From the NCBI GenBank assembly GCA_963789395.1, contig CAWBKP010000012.1, positions 128,001 to 192,000 on the forward strand: a stretch of 64,000 bases of DNA, in the 5' to 3' direction. Below are positions 29,937 through 41,159 of this stretch, piece by piece (the stretch's first letter is position 1; each line of letters begins with the position of its first letter). The DNA comes from an uncultured delta proteobacterium (GTDB taxonomy: Bacteria > Desulfobacterota > Desulfobacteria > Desulfobacterales > Desulfatirhabdiaceae). The position numbers and the translations under genes are program-made. The notes under the pieces are model-generated. The model was not told the DNA's origin, searched no databases, and saw nothing but the letters and a program-made list of their open reading frames with translations.

Positions 29937-30090
29937 GCGCTTACCGCAGGGGCAGATCTTCCGGCAAGGTGTTGGGTGCGTGCAACACCACCGATATGGA
30001 TACGGGTAGTGCGAGTCCGAAAGGACATAAGGGGTTGGAAGCTCAGCCGGGCCATGTTTGTTGCCGATGCCGGCATGAACCCAGCTGAGC
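29937..30090 (+). pseudogene. IS1634-family transposase remnant
   Basis: Frameshifted fragment LPARCWVR..NTTDMDT.VRVRKDIRGWKLSRAMFVADAGMN, resembling the region around the second catalytic Asp of IS1634 transposases. Confidence 0.6.
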
Positions 30091-30097
30091 CTTTAAA

Positions 30098-30469
30098 CTA
30101 CAACGTCTGGGTGACAGAATCAAGGGTGACCGCCAATGCCGCCCGTGCCCATGAAAATCTGGCCTTGGTGGCATCAAAATCCGGACCGGAGGCTATAAAG
30201 GCCGCAGTGCCCTTGATCAGAAAGCCGGTGCCAGGGCCGTTTTTGCCGGCAACCTTGCTGCTGCCCATCGTAATCAATACCTTATTGTTGACGGCGATGT
30301 TCGCCTCCGTCTGGTGCATGTAGCCGGCCGGAATCAGCAACCGCCCATCGTCTGTGATTCGTATGTAACTGTTCCATGTGTTAACCATATGCGGGCCATC
30401 TTGACCCAGGGTAGCAATAGCAACCACCCCATCCTTTTTCAGAACTTCAAGCATTTTTTCCGGAATCAT
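30098..30469 (-). CDS. FMN-binding protein (pyridoxamine 5'-phosphate oxidase-like)
   Basis: DGVVAIAT, PHMVNTWNSY and GPGTGFLIKG, as in Desulfovibrio-type FMN-bp. Confidence 0.88.
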   Translation of the reverse strand: MIPEKMLEVLKKDGVVAIATLGQDGPHMVNTWNSYIRITDDGRLLIPAGYMHQTEANIAVNNKVLITMGSSKVAGKNGPGTGFLIKGTAAFIASGPDFDATKARFSWARAALAVTLDSVTQTL

Positions 30470-30515
30470 CGTGATTACCTCCTGTAGTTTGTGTGTTTAT
30501 AAAATCTGAGACGGG

Positions 30516-30600
30516 AAATGTGCCACCATTGTTTATGCAAATTTTTCAAGATACAAGGGGGCACATTTTCTTTGACACCATGCAAAAGTTTTCTTAGACT
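30516..30600. promoter_or_regulatory. MocR-type operator inverted repeat plus sigma70 promoter
   Basis: AAATGTGCC (30516) and GGCACATTT (30560) form an inverted pair; TTGACA-17-TAGACT at 30572-30600. Confidence 0.55.
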
Positions 30601-30644
30601 GCTTTCAAACAGACAACAGAATACTTGTAATGATCGGGAACAGC

Positions 30645-32041
30645 ATGTTCATTCTGGACAATCATGACCCAAACCCGTTATACAGGCAACTTTATGATCA
30701 GATCAGAGAGCACGTTCTGTCAGGCAAAGCTTCCCGCCGATTTCAAGCTCCCATCAGTCAGGACATTGTCTGACGAACTTTCCACCAGCCGCAATACGGT
30801 AGAAACCGCCTACCAGGAATTGTACGCGGAAGGATACATCTACACCAAACCGCGCAGCGGGTATTTTGTTTCGGGGCTTGACCAGGACGCAGCGCCGTTA
30901 TCATTGCACAATAAGCCACGAAAATGCTAATCGGCTCCCTGTGTCCCCGCAGCGCTATGATTATGATTTTCATCCCGCACGGCTCCATCCGGAAAGTTTC
31001 CCGGCACCCCTATGGCGTAAGCTCTTCATGGAATCCCTGCGCGAAAGTTCCAGACAGCTTGTCCAGTATGGTGATCCCCAGGGAGAATGGGGGTTGCGCT
31101 GCTCATTCAGCAATATCTGGAACGTTCGCGTGGTGTGGTCTGCGACCCGGAACAGATCGTCATATGCACCGGACTTCAACACAGCCTCGACATCATCGCG
31201 CATATGGTGAAAGAAAATCACTCCTTGGTGGCTGTCGAGAATCCCGGCTACCACCTGCCGCGTTCCGTTTTCCGAAACCATTCCTTTGAAATTATACCCA
31301 TACCCGTCGGATCAAGCGGAATTGACCTGGATGTGCTCAGAGCCAGTGGGTAGCACCATTGCCTATGTTACCCCCTCGCACCAACTACCCATGGGATGCG
31401 TGATGCCTGTTGCCAACCGGTTAAAATTGATCGATTGGGCCGAATCAGGCGGAAAGCTGATAATCGAAGACGATTACGACAGCGAACTGCGCTACCACGG
31501 CAAGCCTATCCCCTCATTACAAGGGCTGCGACCACATGGGAATATCATCTATTCCGGAACGTTCTCCAAGATACTGTCTCCGGCACTGCGCGTGAACTAC
31601 CTGGTGATGCCTCACTCACTGCTTGCCGTGTACCGCCGACTTTTCCAGGATTATTTTTCCACGGTTTCGCTGCTGGAACAGAGAACCCTGGAAAAATTCA
31701 TGGAGCAGGGCCACTGGGACCGACATGTACGGCGGATGCGCACGATCTATAAAAAGAAGCACGATACGCTGCTCCGGGCTGTCGCACACCATTTCGGCAC
31801 CAGAGTCGTTGTCATTGGTCAGGGGGCAGGGCTTCATGTCGTGTTGCAGTTACCGAAGAACGCGCCCGGCGAACCTGAGATCATCAATCGAGCCAAACAA
31901 AAAGGAATTCGCCTGTTTCCGTTCACCACTACCTGCGCTGCCGGTGAACCCGACTCAACTATGATATTACTCGGCTTCGGCGGAATGACCGCCAACAAGA
32001 TTGAACCGGGAATTGCGCTGTTGTCTCAAATCTGCTTTTGA
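30645..32041 (+). CDS. MocR/GabR-family PLP-dependent transcriptional regulator (about 4 frameshifts)
   Basis: PLYRQLY, KLPSVR, SRNTV, YGDPQG, VENPGY, YVTPSHQ, IIEDDYDSE and GTFSK, spread over four track ORFs. Confidence 0.88.
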
Positions 32042-32164
32042 TTGGACACCATTTACAGCGCAGACACACTTTAATTATGAGTATCGTCAAAAATTGACCG
32101 GAGGAGAAGGTACAGTTTTAAATTATAATATAGGGGCAGATTTGCATACTGGGTGGGAATTTGC

Positions 32165-32485
32165 TCAACCAAGAAACCATTGCCAGCCGAGGAAAATTCC
32201 CATGCCTGCCACGATAGTTGTCAGAAGGTTTTTTGTCCACCATCCGACAATAAAGGCGCCGATACCGCCGATAAGGTAGGGATTCTCATAAGAGACCATC
32301 GGGGCTTGGCCTGACGGAAAGATAATGGCCGGCAGGATGATGGCCGTAAGAACTGCCGGGGGCACATAGGTGAGCGTCCGTTCGAGCAGTTTCGGAAACG
32401 CCATGCGTCCGGATGCCGGGTGCATCACATAGCGTATGAGAAACGTGACCCCTGCCATTCCGGCTACTAGATAGACTTCATTCAT
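32165..32485 (-). CDS. azlD: AzlD-family branched-chain amino acid exporter small subunit
   Basis: GMAGVTFLIR and YVPPAVLTAII; overlaps the azlC stop. Confidence 0.85.
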   Translation of the reverse strand: MNEVYLVAGMAGVTFLIRYVMHPASGRMAFPKLLERTLTYVPPAVLTAIILPAIIFPSGQAPMVSYENPYLIGGIGAFIVGWWTKNLLTTIVAGMGIFLGWQWFLG

Positions 32486-33237
32486 CGTTTCCGATTCCTT
32501 TCGCTTATAAGTTCCCAGATGATGCCGGCGGCAACGCCTGAAAGGGCTGCGATCATGAGCCCCAGTTTGTGGGGAAGGCTGTTTGTGATCAGGGCAACGC
32601 CGCCTGCCGTGATGACCGATGCCCACATGGGACTGTTTGTCAGGTAGGGGATCACCATGCCGATAAATGTGGCCGGCATGGCAAAATCGAGTCCCATGGT
32701 TGCGATTCCCGGGAATGTTTTTCCCATGGTCAGTCCGATCAACGTACACATATTCCAGTTGGCATACATAAAGACCATGGAGCCCAGATTATAAAAATGC
32801 TTGTGCTCCGAATTGTCTTTTTTGCGGTATCTGCCGATGGCTACGGCAAAGGTTTCATCCGTAAGGCCGAAACTCAGCACGATTTTCCAGAAATGGGAGA
32901 GCTTTTTGTAATAAGGGACCATCGAAGCACCGTATAGGAGGTGCCTGAGATTGACGACAAAGGTCGTTATGACGATGATCGGCCACGCAGTACCTGCTGC
33001 GACCAGCCCTGCGGCGATAAATTGGGAAGCGCCGGCAAAAACGAACAGGGACATTCCCATGGCTGCCCAGAAGCTCAGTCCTTCGGTCCCTGCCAGGGTT
33101 CCGAATATAATGCCGAAAGGAACGGCGCCGACCACCAGGGGGAAGGTGTCCTTGAAGCCGGAAATGAACTCTTTTGAAGGGGAACCATGAGCTTCAGCAG
33201 CAGTGGTTTGTAACTGTATCGGTTGTGAGGTTTCCAT
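32482..33237 (-). CDS. azlC: AzlC-family permease
   Basis: FAGASQF, VNLRHLLYG, LTDETFA and GLDFA motifs. Confidence 0.92.
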   Translation of the reverse strand: METSQPIQLQTTAAEAHGSPSKEFISGFKDTFPLVVGAVPFGIIFGTLAGTEGLSFWAAMGMSLFVFAGASQFIAAGLVAAGTAWPIIVITTFVVNLRHLLYGASMVPYYKKLSHFWKIVLSFGLTDETFAVAIGRYRKKDNSEHKHFYNLGSMVFMYANWNMCTLIGLTMGKTFPGIATMGLDFAMPATFIGMVIPYLTNSPMWASVITAGGVALITNSLPHKLGLMIAALSGVAAGIIWELISERNRKR

Positions 33238-33345
33238 GGATCTCCTCTGGTCCGGATCAGCAGGCAGGATAGAGGGCTGCCCATCAGAAATTTCACTTGT
33301 AATTCGACCAAGCCCGTTGTACTCTTTAGCGAACTTTTGGTTGTT

Positions 33346-33374
33346 ATACTATTAATTAATCGTTATAGTGTCAA
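33346..33374 (-). promoter_or_regulatory. sigma70-type promoter for azlCD
   Basis: Minus strand TTGACA-17 nt-TAGTAT. Confidence 0.55.
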
Positions 33375-33386
33375 TATATTTGTTAT

Positions 33387-33941
33387 ATGGAACAGTCAAT
33401 AGAAGCGATTTCAGCAAATCTCAAAGGGTATCGGGAAAGCCGGAACCTGAGTCTGGACCAGCTCTCTGAGCTAACCGGCGTCAGTAAAAGTATGCTCAGG
33501 CAGATAGAAACCGGACAATCGAATCCCACCATTGCAACCATCTGGAAAATAGCAAATGGACTTCGCGTATCGTTTACGTCACTTCTCAGAAAACCGTCAA
33601 TCGAAGCAAGTGTAAAGTCCTTTTGTGAAGAAAAGCCGTTGACTGCTGAATCCGAGCATTATCGCGTCTTTCCTTTGATTCCGTTCGATCCCCAGCGTCC
33701 CCATGAAACGTATTACATTGAAGTTGATCCCGGGACGGTTTTCCATGGAGAACCCCATAAAGGGAATGTTTATGAGTATGTGTTTGTTACCAGGGGATCG
33801 CTTGAGATCGTTGTGGATGGAAAAGCCTTCACGGTGAATGAAAAAGAATTCCTGCAGTTTCAGGCCGATTGTCCCCATGCGTACCGGTGTCTGGGAAGCG
33901 CCATGACATCGGCTATCATGCAGATCAGTTACAGCATCTGA
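33387..33941 (+). CDS. XRE-family HTH plus cupin transcriptional regulator
   Basis: VSKSMLRQIETGQSNPTIATIWKIA; C-terminal cupin (EPH, FQADCPHAY); divergent from azlC. Confidence 0.92.
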   Translation: MEQSIEAISANLKGYRESRNLSLDQLSELTGVSKSMLRQIETGQSNPTIATIWKIANGLRVSFTSLLRKPSIEASVKSFCEEKPLTAESEHYRVFPLIPFDPQRPHETYYIEVDPGTVFHGEPHKGNVYEYVFVTRGSLEIVVDGKAFTVNEKEFLQFQADCPHAYRCLGSAMTSAIMQISYSI

Positions 33942-34011
33942 GCGCCGGGTGGTCACACATGCCATCCCCGCCGTATCGACAGTTCAACCATTACTCAGAA
34001 AGGAGGACACC

Positions 34012-34476
34012 ATGGGAGAAATCATCCATCAATCGCACATCACGATTACACGCGAAAAGGGACCCACCCGCATCGCCCACATCCGGGGGTTTGACCAGCC
34101 GGTATACTATGGCGTGCACGGTGGGATTAAGAAATTTTACAATGTCGAGCCGGAAGAGGAACACGCCGCCACCCTGGATCATCTGGTCGGCGCGGTGGGC
34201 GGGTGAATGATGGGCACATTGGCCGCGGAGCTGGCCAAAAAAAAGATCAGAACCTTTCAGGATCGCTACATGGCGACGGTCACCGGCGATATCGAGGCTG
34301 TCAACGGCGTGCTGAAAATCGTGCGCATTCACGTCCACTATAACCTGAAGCTGCCGGCGGACAAGCGCACGGATGCCCAAGAGGCATTCAACAATTACAT
34401 TACCTTTTGCCCGGCCGCTCAGAGCGTGGTTGAGGCGATCAAGATAACCCATGAGCTGGAGATGGCGGACGATTAG
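34012..34476 (+). CDS. OsmC/Ohr-family protein with in-frame UGA (probable selenocysteine at codon 65)
   Basis: RBS AGGAGG; ...TLDHLVGAVGG-TGA-MMGT... continues in frame to FCPAAQS; the TGA sits at the conserved first Cys position. Confidence 0.85.
34219..34238 (+). promoter_or_regulatory. putative bacterial SECIS element
   Basis: TTGGCC-GC-GGA-GC-T-GGCCAA hairpin starting 13 nt after the TGA; G-containing apical loop about 21 nt downstream. Confidence 0.65.
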
Positions 34477-34563
34477 GCTGACGGTGCGAATTGAAGCCGC
34501 CATGTAACTCGCCGTTGACCGAGGATGCCGGACATATTTGATGTGAAATCGGGGAGGAATTTC

Positions 34564-35442
34564 ATGAAAGACTGCAGAATGATCCGTAAAATTATCCAGG
34601 CCAGACCAACGATTGAAGGGGCCGGCGTTCACCTGATGCGGGTGTTCGGCAACAGCGAAGTGCCGCTGTTCGACCCATTTCTGCTGCTTGACGATTTCCG
34701 TTCCGGCACTCCAGACCACTATCTGGCCGGGTTTCCCTGGCATCCGCATCGCGGGATCGAAACGATTACTTATGTCCTGAACGGCGAGGTGGCGCACGGG
34801 GACAGCATGGGAAATTCGGGCATTATCTCCGCCGGCGATACCCAGTGGATGACCGCCGGAAGCGGCATCGTTCACCAGGAAATGCCCCGCGGAGACGATC
34901 ACGGCAGGATGGAGGGTTTTCAGCTCTGGGCGAACCTGCCCGGATCACACAAGATGATGGCGCCGCGCTATCGCGACATCAAGCGCTCCCAGGTTCCGCA
35001 AGTTTCGCTCGAAAGCGGTGCAAGGATCAAGATTATCTGCGGCAGGGTAGGGGAGCACGAAGGCCCGGTCACGGGGATCATCATTGACCCCGAGTATCTC
35101 GACGTCACGGTTCCCGGCAATGTCCTGTTTGAGCATCCTGCTCGGCGCGGCCGCACCGTGTTCGCCTATGTCATCGAAGGGCAGGGGTATTTCGATGAAA
35201 CGAAAAACCGCCTGATGGGGAACGGCAGGCTCTGCCTTTATGCTGACGGGGATCATATTTCCGTCACAACAGCTGAAGCGCCTGTCCGGTTCCTGCTCAT
35301 ATCGGGCAACCCCATCGGCGAGCCGGTGGCCTGGTACGGCCCGATCGTCATGAACACCGACGAAGAGCTGAAGATCGCGTTTGAAGAGTACCGGAGCGGA
35401 ACATTTATTAAACACGAAAAACCGCCGGGCACACCGTTCTAA
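34564..35442 (+). CDS. pirin family protein
   Basis: DPFLLLD, HPHRGIETITY, WMTAGSGIVHQE, QLWANLP and GPIVMN motifs. Confidence 0.95.
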   Translation: MKDCRMIRKIIQARPTIEGAGVHLMRVFGNSEVPLFDPFLLLDDFRSGTPDHYLAGFPWHPHRGIETITYVLNGEVAHGDSMGNSGIISAGDTQWMTAGSGIVHQEMPRGDDHGRMEGFQLWANLPGSHKMMAPRYRDIKRSQVPQVSLESGARIKIICGRVGEHEGPVTGIIIDPEYLDVTVPGNVLFEHPARRGRTVFAYVIEGQGYFDETKNRLMGNGRLCLYADGDHISVTTAEAPVRFLLISGNPIGEPVAWYGPIVMNTDEELKIAFEEYRSGTFIKHEKPPGTPF

Positions 35443-35463
35443 TCTTATGAACGGTGTGCGAAA

Positions 35464-35487
35464 AACCCTGCCCCCAGGGCGGGGGTT
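35464..35487. terminator. GC hairpin between convergent genes
   Basis: AACCCTGCCC-CCA-GGGCGGGGGTT. Confidence 0.45.
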
Positions 35488-35526
35488 AGAAAATGTTCTC
35501 CGCAACAACCACCGTTTCCATTTTGC

Positions 35527-37347
35527 TTACTGTCCGCCAAAGGCGGCATCGGAAATTTCCACGGCAGCACCGTTTGTCCTGAAAATTGCGTTCATCTTTC
35601 CAAGTGTCACCGGCAGCACCGAATTTATGAAAAACTCCGCGCTTTTCAACTGGCCTTCGTAAAATGCCGCATCCTTTTTCGATGTGCCATTATTCAGCGC
35701 GGATGCCGCCAGCTGTGCCCGCCACAGGAGCATCCAGGCCATAATGACATCGCCCATGACGTCCAGAAAGGGATGCGCATGGGCAAATGCCGCGGCCAGC
35801 CGGGATGACGCCGCCGTCTGACCCAGATGCCGGGCAATCTCTCCCAGGCGGTTGACTGCGGCCGCAGTTTCAATGGCGAGCGGCTTCAATCCCTTTAGTC
35901 TCTTTGGCCAGGGAAATGGTTTTCTGAATCTGCTCAATGAAAAACTTGAAAATCGCGCCTTTCTGCAGGCCCAGTTTTCGTCCCAGAAGGTCCATGGCCT
36001 GAATGCCGTTGGTGCCCTCGTACAGGGAGGTGATCTTGCAATCCCGCGCCAGCTGCTCCACCGGGTACTCCCGGATATATCCGTATCCGCCGTAAACCTG
36101 AATGGCCTGAATGCAGGTTTCAAAGCCGCGTTCGCTGCAATATGCCTTGATCACCGGCGTCAGCAGTTCGGCCAGGTCATTGCATTGCTGCCGTAATTTG
36201 CGGATCGCCGGTGCAGGCCATCTGATCAAATAGACTGCTGACATAATAAATCAGACTGCGCATCCCTTCCACATGCGCTTTCATCCACAGCAGCATCCGC
36301 CGGACATCCGGATGCCGGATGATCGGCACCTGGGGCGCATCGGGGTCTTTCCCGGCAGCCAGATCCCGGCCCTGAAGGCGCTCCCTGGCATAATTCAGGG
36401 CATAGAGATAGGCGGACGATCCGGCGTTCAGTCCCTGAAACCCCACATCCAGCCGGGCTTCGTTCATCATGTGGAACATGATCTTCATGCCCAGGTTTTC
36501 CTCGCCCAGCAACAGGCCGCGGCACTTTCCCCGGCTGCCCAGCGCCAGGCTGCAGGTGGCGCTGCCGTGAATGCCCATTTTCTCTTCAATGCCGGTGCAC
36601 ACTACATCATTGGGCTCTCCCAGACTGCCGTCCGCATTAACCCAGATCTTGGGTACGATAAAAATGGAAATGCCGCGGGTTCCCTCCGGCGCACCCTCCA
36701 TCCGGGCCAGTACCGGGTGAATGATGTTTTCGGACAGGTCGTGCTCGCCGTTGGTGATAAATATCTTGTTGCCGGTAAGGGTATAGGTGCCGTCCGGGTT
36801 TTTTACCGCCGTTGTGGTCAGGGCGCCCACATCCGATCCGGCATTGGCTTCGGTTAGAAGCATGGTTCCGCCCCAATGGCCGGTATACAGCTTTTTGAGG
36901 AAAAGCGATTTCTGCTCCGCCGGTTCCGTAAAGCTCGATCATTTTGCCGGTGCCGTGTCCCATCATGGCATAGCCGGTCAGGGTGCCGTTTGCACCTGCC
37001 AGGTACTCGGCCGCAGCCTTGGCAATGGCGTGCGGCATGCCCTGGCCGCCGGACTCAGGCGCCTCGGCCATGGATGTCCATTCTCCTTCCAGAAGGAGCT
37101 TATGCGCGCGGTGATAACTTTCCGGCACTTTGACCTGCCCGTTTTCCAGACGCACGCCGATGCGATCCCCATCCACCCGTGTCGGTAGAATCTCCTTGAC
37201 GCCGAAATTGCGCGCCTCGGAGAGGATGATGTCAAACGTCTTTTTATTCAATCCTGCAAATTTCTCTTCCTTGACCAGATCCTGAACATGGATCTGTTCA
37301 TACAGCACAAAATCCATGTCCCTGCGATCGGCAATCAACTGAGCCAT
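35527..37347 (-). CDS. acyl-CoA dehydrogenase (long type), three frameshifts
   Basis: GGQGMP, LTEANAGSDVG, GNKIFIT, EEKMGIHGSATC, MNEARL, QVYGGYGY and YEGTNGIQAMDL, spread across four track ORFs. Confidence 0.92.
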
Positions 37348-37506
37348 ATTCACAACCCTCCGTAACCTGATTTTGCAAAATGAAGAATCATTTTTTTTGT
37401 TACACTGATTTCAAAGCGATTGCAAAATAAACTGTAGTCGAATAGTGTGAGGCAAGGATTTAACTGCAAACCGATATTCGACATTGAACATATTATGGAG
37501 GAATGC

Positions 37507-38064
37507 ATGCAGGAGATTCGTTTCCATGGAAGAGGCGGGCAGGGGGCAGTCATCGGGTCCGAAGTGCTTGCGCATGCTTTTTTTATTGAGGGAAAATTCG
37601 TTCAGGCGTTTCCGGCGTTTGGCGTGGAGCGCCGGGGGGCGCCGGTCACGGCTTTCTGCCGTATTGATGACCGGCATATCAACTTGCGGAGCCAGATTTA
37701 CCACCCGGATCATGTAGTGGTGCTCGATGCTTCCATGATTGAAAACGTGAATGTGATCGAGGGGTTGAAAAATAACGGTAGTATTTTGATCAACAGCCCT
37801 CGATCACCTGAAGTTTTCAAGAAAATATTTGGTGACGATTTCCGGCTTTTCGTGATTGATGCGGCTGCCATCGCTGTTTCGCATCAGCTTGGTTCCGACG
37901 CCAACCCCATTGTCAATACGGCCATTCTGGGGGCTTTTTCAAAAGCCACGGGTCTGGTCGGAATCCATGCCGTCCTGCAGGCCATTGAAGAATATGTGCC
38001 GGTGAAAAAAAAACAGAATCAGCTGGCGGCCCATGCTGCTTATGATCAGGTGGTGGCATGCTGA
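37507..38064 (+). CDS. porC: 2-oxoacid:acceptor oxidoreductase gamma subunit
   Basis: EIRFHGRGGQG, FGVERRGAPV and NTAILGAF motifs. Confidence 0.93.
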   Translation: MQEIRFHGRGGQGAVIGSEVLAHAFFIEGKFVQAFPAFGVERRGAPVTAFCRIDDRHINLRSQIYHPDHVVVLDASMIENVNVIEGLKNNGSILINSPRSPEVFKKIFGDDFRLFVIDAAAIAVSHQLGSDANPIVNTAILGAFSKATGLVGIHAVLQAIEEYVPVKKKQNQLAAHAAYDQVVAC

Positions 38065-38136
38065 CGGGTTTTCGCAAATAGCATCCTTTGATGAACTTGT
38101 AAAAAAAATAAATTTTGGACGGGTTCGTAAAAAGTT
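38062..38136 (+). repeat. three degenerate tandem copies of a GAYG..YTYGYAAAAAG-like motif
   Basis: GACGGGTTTTCGCAAATAG, GATGAACTTGTAAAAAA and GACGGGTTCGTAAAAAGT. Confidence 0.45.
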
Positions 38137-38172
38137 CGCAGGAATCATAGTCTGAGGAAAGGAAGAGAATTT

Positions 38173-39978
38173 ATGGCGGTGGAAAAGCGAAGTGAGAAGG
38201 CGAAAAAACACCAGTTCAGGTCGTATCGCGATATCACACCGATGCATGTTTCCCTCGGGAACATGCTCTTCAATAAAACCGGAAGCTGGCGGTTTATCAA
38301 GCCCATCTATGAAGACAAGATTCCGGCATGCCAGAACGCCTGCCCCGCGGGAAACGATATCGAAGGCTGGGTCACACTTCTTCAAAAAAAAGAATTTGAA
38401 AAAGCCTACTGGCATCTCAAACGGGAAGAGCCGTTTCCTGCGATACTTGGCCGGGTTTGTTTCCGATTCTGCGAGGACGCCTGCAACCGGGCCGGTCTGG
38501 ATGACTGCATCCGCATCCAGGAACTGGAGCGGTTTGTCGGAGAGAGCGTCACGCCTGCAACCCCACATCCTGAACTGCCAGAACTAAACGGAAAACGTCT
38601 GGCCGTTGTCGGCTCCGGTCCATCGGGCATGTCCGTTGCCTATTTTGCCAGACTCCTTGGATTCGGCGTGACGATGTTCGACAAGGAAGCATTGCTGGGA
38701 GGCGTCTTGCGGCTGGGCATTCCCGGTTATCGCCTCCCCGCAAAGATAGTTGCCGATGAATTCGCAGGACTCTCCCTTATGGGCATTGAACTGCGACCCC
38801 ATACGGAAATCGGCAAAGACATTTCCTTTGAAACCCTTACCTCAACTTTCGACTATGTATTTCTGGCCACCGGCGCGCACCGAAGCATCCCCCTGGAACT
38901 TACGGAAAATACAGCCTGCTGTCAGATCATGAGCGCACTGACGCTGCTCAAACAGGTCGCCCGAGGTGAAACCGTCGTGCTGGGAAGGCAGGTGGTGGTG
39001 ATCGGCGGCGGCAATACAGCCATTGATGCAGCCAGAACTGCTGTTCGCATGGGCTGTCAGGCTACCATCATTTATCGAAGGTCCTTAACGGAAATGCCGG
39101 CCCATCCTGAGGAAGTCAAGGAAGCCGAAGAAGAAGGGGTCATTTTCCGTTTTCTGGCAGCTCCCGAGGATATCGCGCTGAATCCGGATGCATCCATTGA
39201 AAAGCTCGTTTGCTGTGAAATGGAACTTGGCCCGGCCGACGAGAGCGGCCGCTGCCGCCCCATCCGCAAGGAAGGCGCCACATTTGACATTCCAGCGGAT
39301 ACCATCTTGATGGCCATCGGTGAAAAACCGGATTTCGATTATCTGGGCAGGCTCGCCCCCTCAGTCGACACCTTCATTGCCACCCGTGAAGATTTATCCG
39401 TTTCATCCGATCCTATCCAGGGGGCAAAGGTATTTGCGGGCGGCGATATGATCGACACGCCGCATACGGTTGTTCATGCCGTTGCCGCCGGCAAGAGAGC
39501 CGCCATCGCCATGGACTGTGACCGAAGAGGAATTTTGTTTTCCGATGTCCTGAATCAGATCCGCATCGGCAGCGGCAGCACCCTCAGTTTTTCCAGTTAC
39601 GTGAACTGGACCCCGGTGAACCCCGTTAACCGGAATGATCAGAAAGTGGTGGATTCAACAAAAATCGTTTATGATTATTTCGTTAAATCAAAAGGATGTG
39701 ACAAAGCGATTCTACCTCCCGAAGTGCGAAAACAGTCTTTTGAACCGTATCGTGCAACCTTTTCCGAATCGGCGGCGATTCATGAAATCGAGCGCTGCAT
39801 GCACTGCGGCCGCTGTACGGAATGCGATAACTGCCTGATCTTCTGCCCGGATGTGTCGATTCTGGATCAAGACAGCGGATCATTCGGATACGCCATCGAT
39901 TATGACTATTGCAAAGGATGCGGCATTTGTTTTACGGAATGCCCGCGTCATGCCATCACCATGATATCTGAGGACTGA
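38173..39978 (+). CDS. GltD/SudA-like FAD/NAD(P)H oxidoreductase fused to a PorD-like 2[4Fe-4S] domain
   Basis: CQNACP, GRVCFRFCEDAC, GSGPSG, GGGNTAIDAAR and YRRS; C-terminal CMHCGRCTECDNCLIFCP and DYDYCKGCGICFTECP. Confidence 0.9.
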   Translation: MAVEKRSEKAKKHQFRSYRDITPMHVSLGNMLFNKTGSWRFIKPIYEDKIPACQNACPAGNDIEGWVTLLQKKEFEKAYWHLKREEPFPAILGRVCFRFCEDACNRAGLDDCIRIQELERFVGESVTPATPHPELPELNGKRLAVVGSGPSGMSVAYFARLLGFGVTMFDKEALLGGVLRLGIPGYRLPAKIVADEFAGLSLMGIELRPHTEIGKDISFETLTSTFDYVFLATGAHRSIPLELTENTACCQIMSALTLLKQVARGETVVLGRQVVVIGGGNTAIDAARTAVRMGCQATIIYRRSLTEMPAHPEEVKEAEEEGVIFRFLAAPEDIALNPDASIEKLVCCEMELGPADESGRCRPIRKEGATFDIPADTILMAIGEKPDFDYLGRLAPSVDTFIATREDLSVSSDPIQGAKVFAGGDMIDTPHTVVHAVAAGKRAAIAMDCDRRGILFSDVLNQIRIGSGSTLSFSSYVNWTPVNPVNRNDQKVVDSTKIVYDYFVKSKGCDKAILPPEVRKQSFEPYRATFSESAAIHEIERCMHCGRCTECDNCLIFCPDVSILDQDSGSFGYAIDYDYCKGCGICFTECPRHAITMISED

Positions 39979-39996
39979 AAAAGATTGGAGGAATGA

Positions 39997-41150
39997 TTGA
40001 AAAAGGCGATTAAAGGCAATCATGCGGTTTCTTACGGCGTAAAGCTGAGCAAGGTGGGCGTCATATCGGCATATCCCATCACACCGCAGACAACGATCGT
40101 TGAAGAATTGTCAGAGATGTGCGCCGGCGGAGTCCTGGATGCGCGGTTTATCAAGGTTGAAAGCGAGCATTCGGCAATGGCCGCCATGATCGGCGCCGCA
40201 ACCGCCGGGGTTCGCACATTTACGGCGACCAGCGGCAACGGCCTGCTCCTGATGCACGAGGTGCTGCACTGGACTGCCGGCGCCAGGCTGCCCATCGTCA
40301 TGGCCAATGTCAACCGGGCCGTCAGCGGCGTGTGGAACATCTGGGCAGAGCAGACAGATTCCCTGGCGCAGCGCGACACGGGCTGGATTCAGATATACTG
40401 CGAATCCAGCCAGGAGCTTCTGGACGGGGTCATCATGGCTTACAAGCTGGCGGAAAAGGTCATGCTCCCTGTGATGATCGCCTATGATGCCTTTTTTTTA
40501 AGCCATACCACGGAAATTGTCGATATCCCCGATGCGGATACCGTGGATCGGTTCATTCCGCCGTATGTCCCGCCGGTAAGCCTGAATTTCGATGATCCCA
40601 GAATGTTCGGGGGATTTTTTGCCACGGATTATTTTTATGAACACCGGTATACCCTGCAGCAGGCTTCTGACGAGGCGCTATGCTATTATCCGGAGGTTTG
40701 CCGGGAATTTCATCGCGGTTTCGGCCGCAGATATGATCTGGTCGAAACCTATCGAACCGAAGACGCGGATGTTATTCTGGTTACGGCAGGTGCGATTACC
40801 TCGGTATCCCGCATTGCCATTGATGCATATCGTGACAGGGGTGAGCCCATCGGCCTGATGAAGCTGCGCATGTTCAGGCCCGTTCCAGTTGACTGCTGGC
40901 GGGAGGTTCTGGGAAAAGCCGCAAGGGTCGTTGTCATCGATCGCAATCTGTCCCCGGGGGGGGCGGCGTGTTTGCCGCGGAAATCCGCTCCGTGCTTTAT
41001 GCCTTGGCTCATCGTCCGCCGATTTATTCCGTAATTGCGGGGTTGGGCGGCCGTGATGTCACACCGGAGGATGTGGAGGGGATTCTCACACATGTACTTT
41101 CTCAAGACACCCCATCTGATGCGCCCTTGTTCTGGGGCTTGAAAAAATAG
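39997..41150 (+). CDS. porA: 2-oxoacid:acceptor oxidoreductase alpha subunit (frameshift in G8 run 40956-40963)
   Basis: AYPITPQT, VESEHSA and DAFFLSH; the C-terminal AGLGGRDVT is in the next frame. Confidence 0.92.
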
Positions 41151-41159
41151 AGGTTCATT

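Noticed and set aside
40956..40963. G8 tract in porA as a phase-variation switch
   Set aside because: Cannot be distinguished from the many other indel errors in this window; homopolymers are the commonest error sites.
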